63,809 bases of DNA, from contig MEDY01000104.1 of NCBI GenBank assembly GCA_001724265.1, forward strand, positions 124,001 through 187,809, in the 5' to 3' direction. Source of the DNA: Rhizaria sp. SCN 62-66 (taxonomy: Eukaryota). Position numbers and translations under genes: made by a program. Positions 47,101 to 58,384 of the stretch are shown here, one piece after another (position 1 is the stretch's first letter; every line of letters starts with the position of its first letter). The notes beneath the pieces are model-generated. The model was given only the letters and a program-made list of their open reading frames with translations, did no database searches and was not told where the DNA came from.

Positions 47101-50100
47101 CACCGGCGTCACTTGCGGCTACGGCGCCACGCGCGCGGTACGTGAAACCACTAACGCGAATATTTCTCGAAAATACGATTTATTTTTGAGTTAAGTGTAT
47201 TTTTATTGTGTTAAGATTACGATTTTACATCTTCATATACTCTTTGTTTTTTCCGGTCGCTATTTCTCACGACTGCACTATCACCCTAATGTTTCTTGCT
47301 TTGCTCTCTGCTCCTCTCCAGGCTGCAGACGCCATGGTGACCGCCGGCCAGGGCTCCGGCGCGATTCTCTACGACTTTCTGGCCGAGACGCAGCTCATCA
47401 CGGCGATCTCGTTCCAGGTGTTGTGGACCATCCCCACCGAGTCCACCGCCATCATCGCTTGCACGGTGCTTCGCACGCCCGGTACGTGATATCTTGAGCC
47501 AAAGACAAGAAGTGTCATTCGTTGATATCTTGCTGTTTTCACACAGTTGAGAACATTTCAAACTGTTTTTATCGAAGTCGTTCAATTCAAACGCATTGTT
47601 CATCACTCATACGATATTTACCCTTTTCTTGTTTCTGTTTCTCATCACCACACACAGGTTTCTCGCAGCCCGCCTCGGAGCAGCCCCTCGTGGCGACGAA
47701 CCCCGCCGGCAACAACATCGCCGGCGCGACCGTTTCCGTAGCCGCCGTCATCCCGGTGCCCTCCGACTGGCTGCCGGTCAAGCAGGTCACACTGGCTGCC
47801 ACGTCCTATGCCAGCACGGCCGGTGTGGTGGCCCTGGGCGAGTACGTGACTGTGCGCGCAGAGCTGACGCGGCTTAACATCTCGCTGCTGTACGGCGACA
47901 TCTTTACTTTCGAGATCCCGTCGACGATTACCGCGGTCGCCCCGCCCGGCACGACGCTCCCGGGCACCGCCACGGCGGTACCATCGACTATGTGTACCGT
48001 CGACGGCGTCGCCGTGCTCTCCGTCTCCTCGGCGGCGTCGGTACTGTATCCGGACACGCGCAGGCGTTACAGCCTGCGTCTGGCAGCCGCGGCCGCCGCA
48101 GCAGGGGCCAGCGCGAACGTCAGCGCCGTGTACACTGTGGACTGCACGCCGATGCTGCTGCCGACGCACGAGACGGGCAGCCTCATCGACGGCTACATGT
48201 CGATCAGCACGAGCACGCCATCGGAGCTGCGCGCGCTCACCAACGAGGCCACTTTCTCCGGCATCGACCCGCCCGTGCCGGGCGCCGACCTCGCCGCGGT
48301 CACCGCGACGGCGCCGTACTCCAGTCAGAACACGACGCTCACGCTGCGGCTCTCGCCGCTGCCAGTCGCCGCGGTCAACGGCGACTACCTCACGCTGACC
48401 TTCCCGGCCTCGCACAGCTACACCTTCTTCCCCAAGCCCTCTGGCGGCACTGCGGCCGTCAACAGCACGGCTACGGCTTGCACCGTAGCGCGTTACGGCG
48501 TCGGCGTGCCCGCCACTCTGGTCACTCTTCGGTCCGCCGTGGTGCCCATCGAGGGCGACACGACGACCTCGCCCGTGGCCGCTCAGATCACGGTTCGCCT
48601 CGATTCCGCCGTCATCGCGTCCACCGTGGCCGAGACCGCGGACGCCTCGGCCCGCGCGCTGGGCGCGCTGGCGCTGACTTGCTCGCCCGCGCTCAACCCC
48701 AGCTCCGGGCTCGCTTCGGTCACGGCACCCAGCGCCGCGCTGCACCAGGGCGCTACAGTTATCCGCCGCGCTATGACCAACACAGTTGTGTTCCCGGCGG
48801 TCACCACGGCGCCCTTTACGCTGGCCACGACAACCGCGTCGCCCGGCGCCGCCGTGCTGCAGACGGCGCTCACCGACACGGACCGCTTCAACGGTGGGCT
48901 CCTCGTGTACGTATCTAGCTAAAGCGAAGATATATATATTTTGTGTAAAACTTTATTACGGTACTTCTTTTTATTTTAGAAATATTTCAATGTTTATAAT
49001 CTTTTATTAAACTATATATTTTCTTACTTCCATCTTAATGCTCTATTTCTTCTTTTGTTGCTCTGCTTCATCCTCTCGCAGTCGCTTCGCCGCCGCCGGC
49101 CTGAGCAAGGTGGGCGAGAACGCGCGCTACGTGGTTGACGTCTCCGCCCTGTTCGGCTTCAAGACCGTGTCCGAGACGGCCGAGCCCGCAGCCACGACGT
49201 GTCTGTTCCTCAACGCCACCGCAACCACCACTGGGACCGGGACAGGCGCGGTCACCACGGGCAACAACGTCACTTGGGCCCTCTCGACCGGCGCGAGTGC
49301 GGACTTGCAGCGCGTTACGCTTACGCTCCCGGCCTCGGCGGCCACGGCCACCACTGTCTCGACCTTTAACACGACCTCGGGCAACGCCACGACTACCGCG
49401 ACGGGCTACGTCTGGGCCGTGCAGTGCGCCGGCGTGTGGATGCCGCGCTACGCAGTGGCGGCCTTCAGCAACGGCTTCGCAGAGTTCTACCACCCCGCCG
49501 GCGCAACACCCACGTACACCAACACGTCCAGCTCCACGACGACGACGACGACGACGACTGACACGACGAGCGGCGCCGCGTACGCCACAGAGACGCAAGC
49601 GTTCCTGGGTCTCTCCGCGGGTGTGCTGACGGGCGCGTACGGCCTCGTGGAGCCCGGCAGCAACAACACGGCGCCGCTGATCACGACGCCGCTGCGCGTC
49701 GTGCTCGCGCCGCTGCCCGCGCTGCTGCGGCTGGGGGACATGCTCGCCGTGCCCGTCCCGGCCGCGTTCAACTACGTGCAGAACTCGCGCGGCACCACGG
49801 CGTGCACGATGCGCCGCGAGGGCTCCGTCCTGTCCACCAGCACTGCCTGGGAAGACGCTCCGGGCGCCACGGCGACCGCGTCGTGGGGCGGCGCACTCTC
49901 GGCGATCATCACAGTCACCTTTACGGCGACCTCGCTGCCGTCCAAGTCGACCATTGCACTCGAGCTGCTATGCACGCAGGTCCGCAACCCGTCCGTGAAC
50001 CTTACATCGGTGGTCTTCAGCGAGATGCGCGTGCTGCGCACCGTCAACGGCGCAGTCGTGACCGTGGCCGCCACGGAGCAGGGGCGGCTTAACTTTACCG

Positions 50101-51477
50101 CGATCAAGATCCCCGAGTGGGGCACGCAGCCGCTGCGCACGGTCACGCCGGCCTCCACCAAGGCCGGGTCCGCGGCCGGCGAGCTTATGGTGGCGCTGGC
50201 GCCGGTGCCTGTCTTCATCGCGCACTACGGCGGCATCGGCTTCCGCCTGCCTGTGGGTACGTAGCTAAGCGAGATTTATTGACTTTGTTAGAATGGGAGA
50301 GAGTTCACAATTAAATAATATGATTTAAACAACTTCTATGATTTAGATTGATATGACGACGTATTGCTCTATATCTCACAACTTGTACCTTTTGCTTCTC
50401 TTTACTAACGCCTTCCTAGGCTGGAACGTGACCGAGGAAGTGACGTCGACGGTGGCGTGCCGCGCGAGCGTGGACCGCCTGCTGCCGGACCAGGCCAACA
50501 TCTACGGCCAGTCTACTCTGACCCCCGACTCGACTCTGGGGCCCTTGATCTTCTTCCGCCTCACTAACGCGCCGCTGTCGCTGGGGTGGAACAGCGTGCT
50601 GCGACTGTGGTGCTCCGGCGTGTCGGTGCCCAAGACGGTGACGGCGGCGGTGACCAACCAGGCGATCTACGCTTACGACGACCTGGACCAGATCGTCATG
50701 TACACCGAGAAGGCCACTATCCCGGCTATCACGGCAACCGGCGGCAGCAGCTCGTCCTCCACTGCGACCGCCTCGGTGCAGCAGGTGGTCGAGCTCGAGT
50801 CGGGCGCGCTGCTGACCGAGACGCAGGTCACTTCCGTCCGCGCGGCCTACGCCGGCACGCTGGGGCTGGAGACCAAGAACGTCGCCGTCGTCAGCCAGGC
50901 GCTCAGCGTCAAGAAGACCACGAGCACTGCCGACGTTGCTAATGATGTTCACGATATCGAGAAAAGTGCTGCCTTGGTGAGCGTGACTGAGCGCGTTAAC
51001 GCGCTGCGTCACCACCGCGCCGTGGTGGCCCTCGCATTTGCCCCGCGCGCGTCCGTGAGCGTCGTGAGCGTCACCGTACAGGTCGCGCCCAACTCTGTCT
51101 GGGTTACGTCCTCGGACCTGGACGTGCAGCTCGCGGCGCAGAGCTCCGAGCTGGCGACCGCGCTCGCGGCGTCGACTGCGCTTCCCGTGCTGGCGATGTC
51201 CGCGGCGACGGCCGGCTCGTACCCCTCGTCCTGCGCCAACGGCGTCCAGGACGGCAGCGAGACCGCGCCCGACTGCGGCGGCCCCGACTGCGTCGCCTGC
51301 TCCGCCACCGGCTCCGGGTGCGCCGCCGACTCCGACTGCCTGCTGGGCCGCTGCGGCACGGACGGCAAGTGCCTCGCGCAAGGCAGCGTCAGCGCTGCGG
51401 CTGCGCTTGCAGGCGCTTGGGCGGGCGCTGTGGCCGCGGCTGTGGTGGCGCTCGTGCTGGCGCTGGCTGCGATGTGA
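44199..51477 (+). CDS. Secreted, probably GPI-anchored Thr/Ser/Ala-rich repeat surface protein; exons 44199-44294, 44418-44705, 44890-45052, 45247-46176, 46332-47137, 47322-47481, 47658-48906, 49082-50256, 50420-51477; about 1974 aa with one in-frame TAG (44535-44537)
   Basis: Signal-peptide-like LRSFAVAILLCLAALSVAPH|SLVSA. Eight in-phase GT-AG introns (5925 nt). Repeated beta-rich modules with paired Cys, a Cys motif SCANGVQDGSETAPDCGGPDCVAC and a hydrophobic C-terminus. Stop TGA. Confidence 0.8.
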
Positions 51478-51987
51478 GCGTCGATGCCAGTACGCTTGAG
51501 AACTAAGAAGACGCATTTGATTTCTAGTTGCGTATGGATTGTGTTCTGTTTTATCATCTCTACCTTAACATGCTTGCCTTTTGTCTTTATTAGTTTTACT
51601 CCTATTTTATTCTGAAGTTTGATTTTGTGTTGTCCTTTGTCACCGTTGTACCCATGAGGAGTGTAACGCTGTGAAGCTATTTAGTTTCAGTACTTTTTCT
51701 ATTGCATGTGACGAGTCGCATTTGAATTTTATACAAAGATACTAATATTTTGTTTCTTTTAGCTATTGATTATTTCATCTGTTCATGTGTCCAAATAAGT
51801 TCGAGCGCACATTATTCTGATGTTACATGTGTACTACATAAACCAGTAGTACGTACTACTCGAAGTACGAGTTTGTCCAACACAAGTTCAGTTTGAAAAT
51901 CGAGAAACAAGTCAGCCAATAATGAACATAGTAGCCGGTAATAAAGAAATATTGAACACTACACACTCGATACAAAAAGCATCAAGC

Positions 51988-54900
51988 TTACAACATGAAG
52001 CAAATGCTACTGCTGCTGCTATCGCCACCATCACCAGCACCATCACCAGCGCCCGCGCTCGCGTTATTAGTACTACTCGTCACCTTCTTGCGCCACCTCT
52101 CTGCCGACTCGGCCAGCGCCTTGCGCGGCGACATCTCCCCTCTACCGCCGCCCTTTCCCCCGTGGCCGCGGCTGCTGCCGCGTCCGTGCCCGTGCGCACT
52201 GTTGCCGTTGGCGTAGACCGTCGACACCACGGGCACGCGTCCGTTGCGCGACAGCATCGGCGGCAGAGGGATCAGTTTGGAGTCTAATAGAGAAAGCACG
52301 CGGGCCTGCTCCAGCAGCACCGCCTTGTTCCCACTCCCCGCGCTGGCGTTGCTCGCGCTGTTGCCGTGGATGGCCGAGGCGAGCGCGGCGGAGGCGCGGA
52401 CCGAAACCACCGACGCGGTCGGGCGCGGGGACAAGTCCAGGCTGCCCGCCGTGATCGGCCGAGGAGTCGCAAAGCCACCAGTGGACGAGAAACCGTTACT
52501 GTTCGTGTTGTTGAAGTTAGTGTTCGTGCTGCCAAAGTTAGCAGCGGCAGTGTTCGGCCGCGCGCTGTTGTTGTCAACGCGTTCAAAGTCGCTGCTGTTG
52601 CACGAAGCATTGAACTCGCCACTCGTATTGAAGTTGTTGTCTCCACTCCCGTTACTGTTACCGTTTGCGGGCACGTTGAAGGCGGGAGGAAGCGCCAGGA
52701 TGAAGGTGCCGTTGGTCGAGCGCGTAAACAGCGGGCTCGCCCACGGCCTCTCGCCGCCGCTGCTGACAGGGGCAGCGACGAGCTGTGCAGACGCAGCGGG
52801 CCTGGCGCCGGCGCAGTGGCTGTGAGCACTCGGCAGAGGGGCAGTTGAGGCGAACGCGCTATTGCCGTTGCCCCTGCCGCTGGAGAGGGGACTGATGTGA
52901 GAGCTGGTCATGCCGCTAAAGTTCTGCGGCCGCTGCTGCCCTTGCTGGCTTTGTTCCTGCTTCTGCTGGGGCGAGGGCGGGGGCGGCATCGGCTTGACGA
53001 GCTATGATGTGGTGCAGTGATAAACAGAAGAAGAAGTATAAGACATGAGAAGTCCGAGAATAGATCCAAAATTAAAAGCAATAGTCTATCGATTAAAAAA
53101 GTCGAGGCTTTTAGACGAATCAAGTAATGTTCCAAAGCACGTACCTGTCCGTTTGCGGTGAGCGTGTAGCCGGCCCGGAGCGAGGGCGACTGCAGGCGGA
53201 GCTTCACGCCCTCGCAGTTGGTAAACACGCACGGGTCCTGTTCTTGCGGCTGCTCATCGCCGCCGTGCTCGCCACCCTGCTCGCCGCGCTGACCGGTCGC
53301 AGAGCCAACGCCGTGACTGGACACGCTCTTGCAATTGTTGTTTGCGAGGCTCTTGGCGTTATGAATGGCACGCTTGCCGTTGGTGTTGTTGCGGGCAATT
53401 CTGCCAGTTGCTTTGCCGCTGCCGCCGTTGTTGCCATTCTGGCTGTGGGGGCTAAGGCTGTGGCCACAGTGCCTGCAACACTCGCCTTCATCACCATCAC
53501 CACCAACGCCAGCGTTAACAGCTGCACTCGCGCTATCGGGCTCTTCAGCTGCAGTCCCGCCGTTGTTCGCGTCGGCGCCATCACTACTGGTGGCAGTCGT
53601 GCTGCCGTTGCCGTTGCCGCCGGCATTGCCAGGCCCCTGGTCCCAGAGGTGCAGCGCCGCCGCGGCGACGGGCGGCACTGTCGACAGATGCGCCGGCGCC
53701 AGCGAGGCCGCGACGGGCGGCGGCGGAAGCCCTGTCCTGCCGCCGACGCCGCGCGCGCTGGCGCAGTGTACGCGTCCGTCGGCGCTCCAGACCGTGCCAG
53801 GCTTGCTGCCGCCGCCGCCGCCGCCCGCGGAGGTCACGCCTGCACGCCTGGACGCCGTGCCGCTCTTGCCGGGGTCGCCACCGGCGTTGAGGTTTGCGAC
53901 CGCGGCTGCGACCGCCGCCGCCGCCGCCAGTACGGCCGGGGGCTGGTTCACGGCGCCCTTCGTCTTCTGCCCCCCCGAGGCGTTGGCTTGTTGGTTGATG
54001 CCCATCAGCGCATTGAACCCACCTCCGGGGGGCCCAGTGCCACTGAGGCTCTCGCAGTAGCCCTTACAGCTCGCCACGCGCTCGCTCAACACCACAATCA
54101 CCTCGCGCGCCGCCGCCGCCGCGTCAGCTTCGGCCGCCGCGCGCCGCTTCGCCTCCAGCAAATGCTTTTCGAGGGTGTTTTTTTCGGTCCTAGTCGTCGC
54201 GAGCGTGTCCTGCGTGGTGCGCAGCAGCCGAAGCGTGCTGGAGAGCTTCTCCCCGCTGGCCGCGGCGGCGTCTTCGGCGCGCGAGGCCTCGCGGTGGCGC
54301 CGCGCAAGCGCCGCCTTGGCCGTCTCGGCCTCCGCACGGGCCTGCTCGAGCTGCCGCTGCAGCTCGGCGACCTAGGTTGGCAGCCCAGGGGCGTCGCCGC
54401 CGGTGGCGGAGGCATTGGTTTTAGGGATGCTGCTGCCCCCGTTGGCGTTGCTGAGTTTGTTTTGCTGGGGGAAAAAGGCCTTTTCGTGGCGCGCAAGCGG
54501 GGTCGGGCCGGATAAATCGTACGCGTCGCCGTTGGCGTTGTTCGACTTGGTATTAGCGCTGTTGAGCGCCTGGAGCCGCTTCATCGTGCTGTTGCCGTAA
54601 CCATTGCCGCTAGTGCCGTTGGTGGAGTTATTGCCGTGGCTGCCGTCATCGTAGTCGTCGCCGTTGTTGTCGCCGTCATCGTGGCCGTGCGGGTCGGAGT
54701 AGCCTTGGTAGGAGTCTCGCCGCTGCTGCTGCTGCTGCTGTTGCGGTTGCTGCTGCGAGTAGAGCGAGGATGGCAGCATGAGCGGGGACCGACCGGAACT
54801 GGAGATATCGTCGCTCGCCCCGTCCATGTGGTAGTTGCCGTAGTTGTTGTTGTGGTTTTGCGAGTACTCGACGTCGAACTCGCCTTGGTAGAGGTCGGGG

Positions 54901-55778
54901 TTGCTATTAAATCCCTGCGCGCTGCCGCCGCGGTCGGGAGACAGCATAGTGCCGTGCGAGGGGCTGCCTGTGGCAAAGTGGCCGTCGGCCGAGCCGTACT
55001 CGCCAGGGGACGGACTCATGTTGTCGGCGGTGTCGTCGTCGACGTTGAGGTGCGCGGCGGGGTTGCTGCGGATGTTCATCATGCTGACGCTTCTATTGTT
55101 GCCGCCGATGTTGTCGTAATCGTCCTCGGGATACGCCGAGGGGTCGTCGTTCGCCATGCCGGCAGTGAAGTCGAGCTCACTGTCGCTGCGCACGTCGACG
55201 GCGTGGAACGCGCCGCCGTCAGTTCTCCCAACAAAGTCGTTCATGGGTCCGTTGTTGTTGTTGTTGTTGTTATTGCTGATGTCGTTCAGGGTTCTGCGCA
55301 TCACCGAAAAGCTGCCGCTGCGCGGGGGTGAGAGCGGGGACATGGTCACCGATGGCATCTGTCTGGGCGCGCCGGGCGGGCCGATGTCGCCGTCGGTGTC
55401 CGCAGCGGGTGCCGCGTTGGCGTTGGCGTCGCTGCTGCCGTTGACCGTGTGATTGTTGCTTGAACTAGAGGCAGTGGCCGCGGAAGAGACGGAGGATGAG
55501 GGAGCGCGAGACAGGCGGAATGGAGACGCCGGGACAGGGCCCTGCTGCTGAGCAGCAGCAGCAGCGGCGGCGGCGACGACGGCGGGAGGAGGCAGCGGCA
55601 CGGGCGAGATCGAGCCGACGCGGCCAGCGGCGGGAGGGACAATGGGGGACGCGGCCGGGAGAGGCACAGCTGAGGCTGTGCGCGTGAGACCAGGGTGCGC
55701 AGGCGCTGACGCTGCTGCTGCTGCTGAGGCCGCGGCCGGGGCAGCAGAGGCTGCAGGAGCGGCTGCGACGGAGCTCAT
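51988..55778 (-). CDS. Hypothetical disordered/coiled-coil protein with D-box; exons 55778-53145 and 53001-51988, about 1215 aa, with one in-frame TAG (54374-54372)
   Basis: Track ORFs 54372-55787 and 52908-54161 share one frame separated only by a TAG, after which the frame reads VAELQRQLEQARAEAE. Phase-0 intron 53144-53002 (GTACGT...CATAG) joins to the ORF ending in TAA at 51988. Confidence 0.7.
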
Positions 55779-57188
55779 GGGTAGCACGCAGAGAAAAGCA
55801 CTGAGCGTCGTAATCTTAGCCCAGCAAGTAGGTTACTAGTTTACCTAGCCTATGCTGCCGCGTATGTCCCGTAAAAACCTTGTTGTGATGCACTTGAGCG
55901 TGCGGGGATGCCAGGTATGGTAGGAGGAAGGACAATGAGCACGACTGAGGAGTCGTTCTACAGAACAGGTAGACCTTCGCGTCTCGCACAAATAACCTTA
56001 AAACCCTATAAAAAGGGCGTCAATATACACAATTATTGATATTTAGCGCGATGATCAACAGGGTTGGAGAGCGATGCCGGGAAAACAGCTGGAAGGGCAG
56101 ATACTCTCAGTAACGCCTATTTTGAGTCCCTAAGATATCGAAGTAAATAGAAGATTCTATGCATGTAAAAAGAAAAACGAACAATTCACACCGTATTTCT
56201 AAAAAAATCTTTGTTGCAGAGACAACCATAGGATGGTTGTTGAGATATATCCGTCCAAAGTTAGGCTTCAGAGCCCCTTCGCATACGCTCGACACTAACC
56301 AGCAGTCACGTCAGCCGTCATCTCACTTAAGCTTCAAGTCAATAGTAGCACAATTACATCATATCTGGCCAATGCTGGATTCTAGCAATAACAACTTCAT
56401 ATACGCAGGATTGCTTATTTTTACGTGCTAAGATAGCGTCGTTTTGTTATGAATGGCAACGGATTTGTAGTTGTCAAGATTGGCAATGTATTCAGCTATG
56501 ATGCATAATAGTAGTTGACGTTACTGGTGAAGTCGAGCCAAGCAATTTCGCTTGATGTTGCTAGAGCTGCGAATGGTACTAACGTCGATAGAAACGGAAA
56601 TATAAGCTTTGGTTTGAAAAAGAGAGAAGAGAGACTGCGACAGCGACATGACACCAGTGGCGGCACAACGTCGACGACGTTGACAGCGTGACCGTGCGTG
56701 TGAGTGTCGGGATGTTTTGTGGGATAGATTTACAAGCACATGAATGCGCGGACACGCATACGTGGTGAAAACAACAAAAAGATCACAAAACAGCAGGTTG
56801 CATACGGAACGGGGCAGGTCGGAGGCGTAAAAAAAAGAAGAAGCAGATGACAGACAAATGTAAATTAAAAGCAAAGCTCCAAGAGACGCGATGAAGCAAG
56901 CATAAAGTCAACTAAACTTAAATTGATTCAGTGATCACAATTACAAGTAGTCTGTAGATTCGTAAGCACGGCAAGAGCAAAACATACACTGACAACAAAA
57001 GACACAAAGGGAAGTGCATACTCATGAGGTGCAAAGAATACATTGAACATTGTAATCATGCGAGAAGAAGAGTTGTTATGATGCACACAAAAAAGAAGCA
57101 AAGTGAACAGAATAAAGAAACAGATAAAAGAATGGCAGGAACAGCATCAAAGCAATGCGCTGGAGCTGTGGCTGCAGGGGAAATTGTC

Positions 57189-57216
57189 GCACTTAAAGCG
57201 CTAGCGCTTTAAGTGC
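57189..57216. repeat. Perfect 28-bp palindrome GCACTTAAAGCGCTAGCGCTTTAAGTGC
   Basis: Checked base by base as its own reverse complement; lies in AT-rich intergenic DNA. Confidence 0.95.
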
Positions 57217-58384
57217 TAACTTAATGATAGAGTAGTAGTTGTTTTTGTGTTGTGTGTTTGTGAAAATGTAAACAACACTTTCACTAATTGTGAAAGAAGC
57301 ATACACTATCGCACTCGCCGAACTCAAACATGTAGCGTGTGAATAGAAACAAACAAGCACGAGACAAAGTCCGAAAAACAAGAAGCCACAAGTAGCACTC
57401 ACTGTAGGAGCAATTACTAACTACAGGACGAAAATGAAACAGACAAATAAGCAATAGGTGAACAAATAAAGCAAATACAATATGCCCATGTACTTTAGGT
57501 TCGTATACACATTGAACTAATACAGAGACGCTGAGAGTAACAGCGTACACGTTGAGACGTCTCAACACGTGTAAGAACAGAGTGATATGAGCAGAGGTAT
57601 ACAGGTAGACTGCACACGAACATGGCGTTTACATGCGCAGTAGACAGATTGCAGGTAATAAACAAGACAAACTAACTAATCAAAGCAGTAGGTAGTACGA
57701 TTGAATACGCTAGATATGGACTAGAGTTAGTCACACGTCTCAGCAAAATATGAGAAACAACTGCAGTGTAAGAAGAAAACGAACGAAATGGGCGACAAAG
57801 TCGGAGCTGAGACGTAAGCTAAACATATTAGGCGCAAAACATAAAACAAAAAATCGTCGAATGAGTGACATGTACGCGACATGACAAGGCTTCAACGGAA
57901 AACAAAAGTGTGCATATGCAATGCACAGAATTGTTAGAAATAGCAGACTAGTTGCACAGCAAAAAAAAGAAAGGCTTTGTTTGCAAGAAAAGAAAATACT
58001 AGTCGAGGCACGAGTGATCTTGTGCTCCGGACTAGTAATTGACGTGGCTGTGAATGTAGCTGTAGCCGCAACAAGTGTGACTGGTTACGACTGGCTGGTT
58101 TGCTAGTTTGTCGTTTGTTTTGTGATACACTCTCAGTAATATTGTGTTTGGTGTTTGTAGTTTGAATAAAAAAATGTAACTACAAGTTATCTTTGGAAGT
58201 ATGGTTGTTGATACCACTCTCAATGTTGATTCGTTTGATCGTTGTTGCTGATATTACTAAGGATGAGTAAATCACTGCTAGTTTTGTTAATGAATACGAG
58301 TATACGTTTTTGTTGGAGTGGTCAGATAAACAGTGCACGGAAGAGTTGAAGCTTACTTCAAGTTGCTAATACTGTTTAGCGCAC

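Noticed and set aside
55779-58384. Short ORFs or a tRNA/ncRNA gene (for example a CUA-anticodon tRNA) in the long AT-rich gap
   Set aside because: The ORFs lack coding bias and I could not recognise a cloverleaf or other RNA family by eye. tRNAscan-SE or Infernal would be needed.
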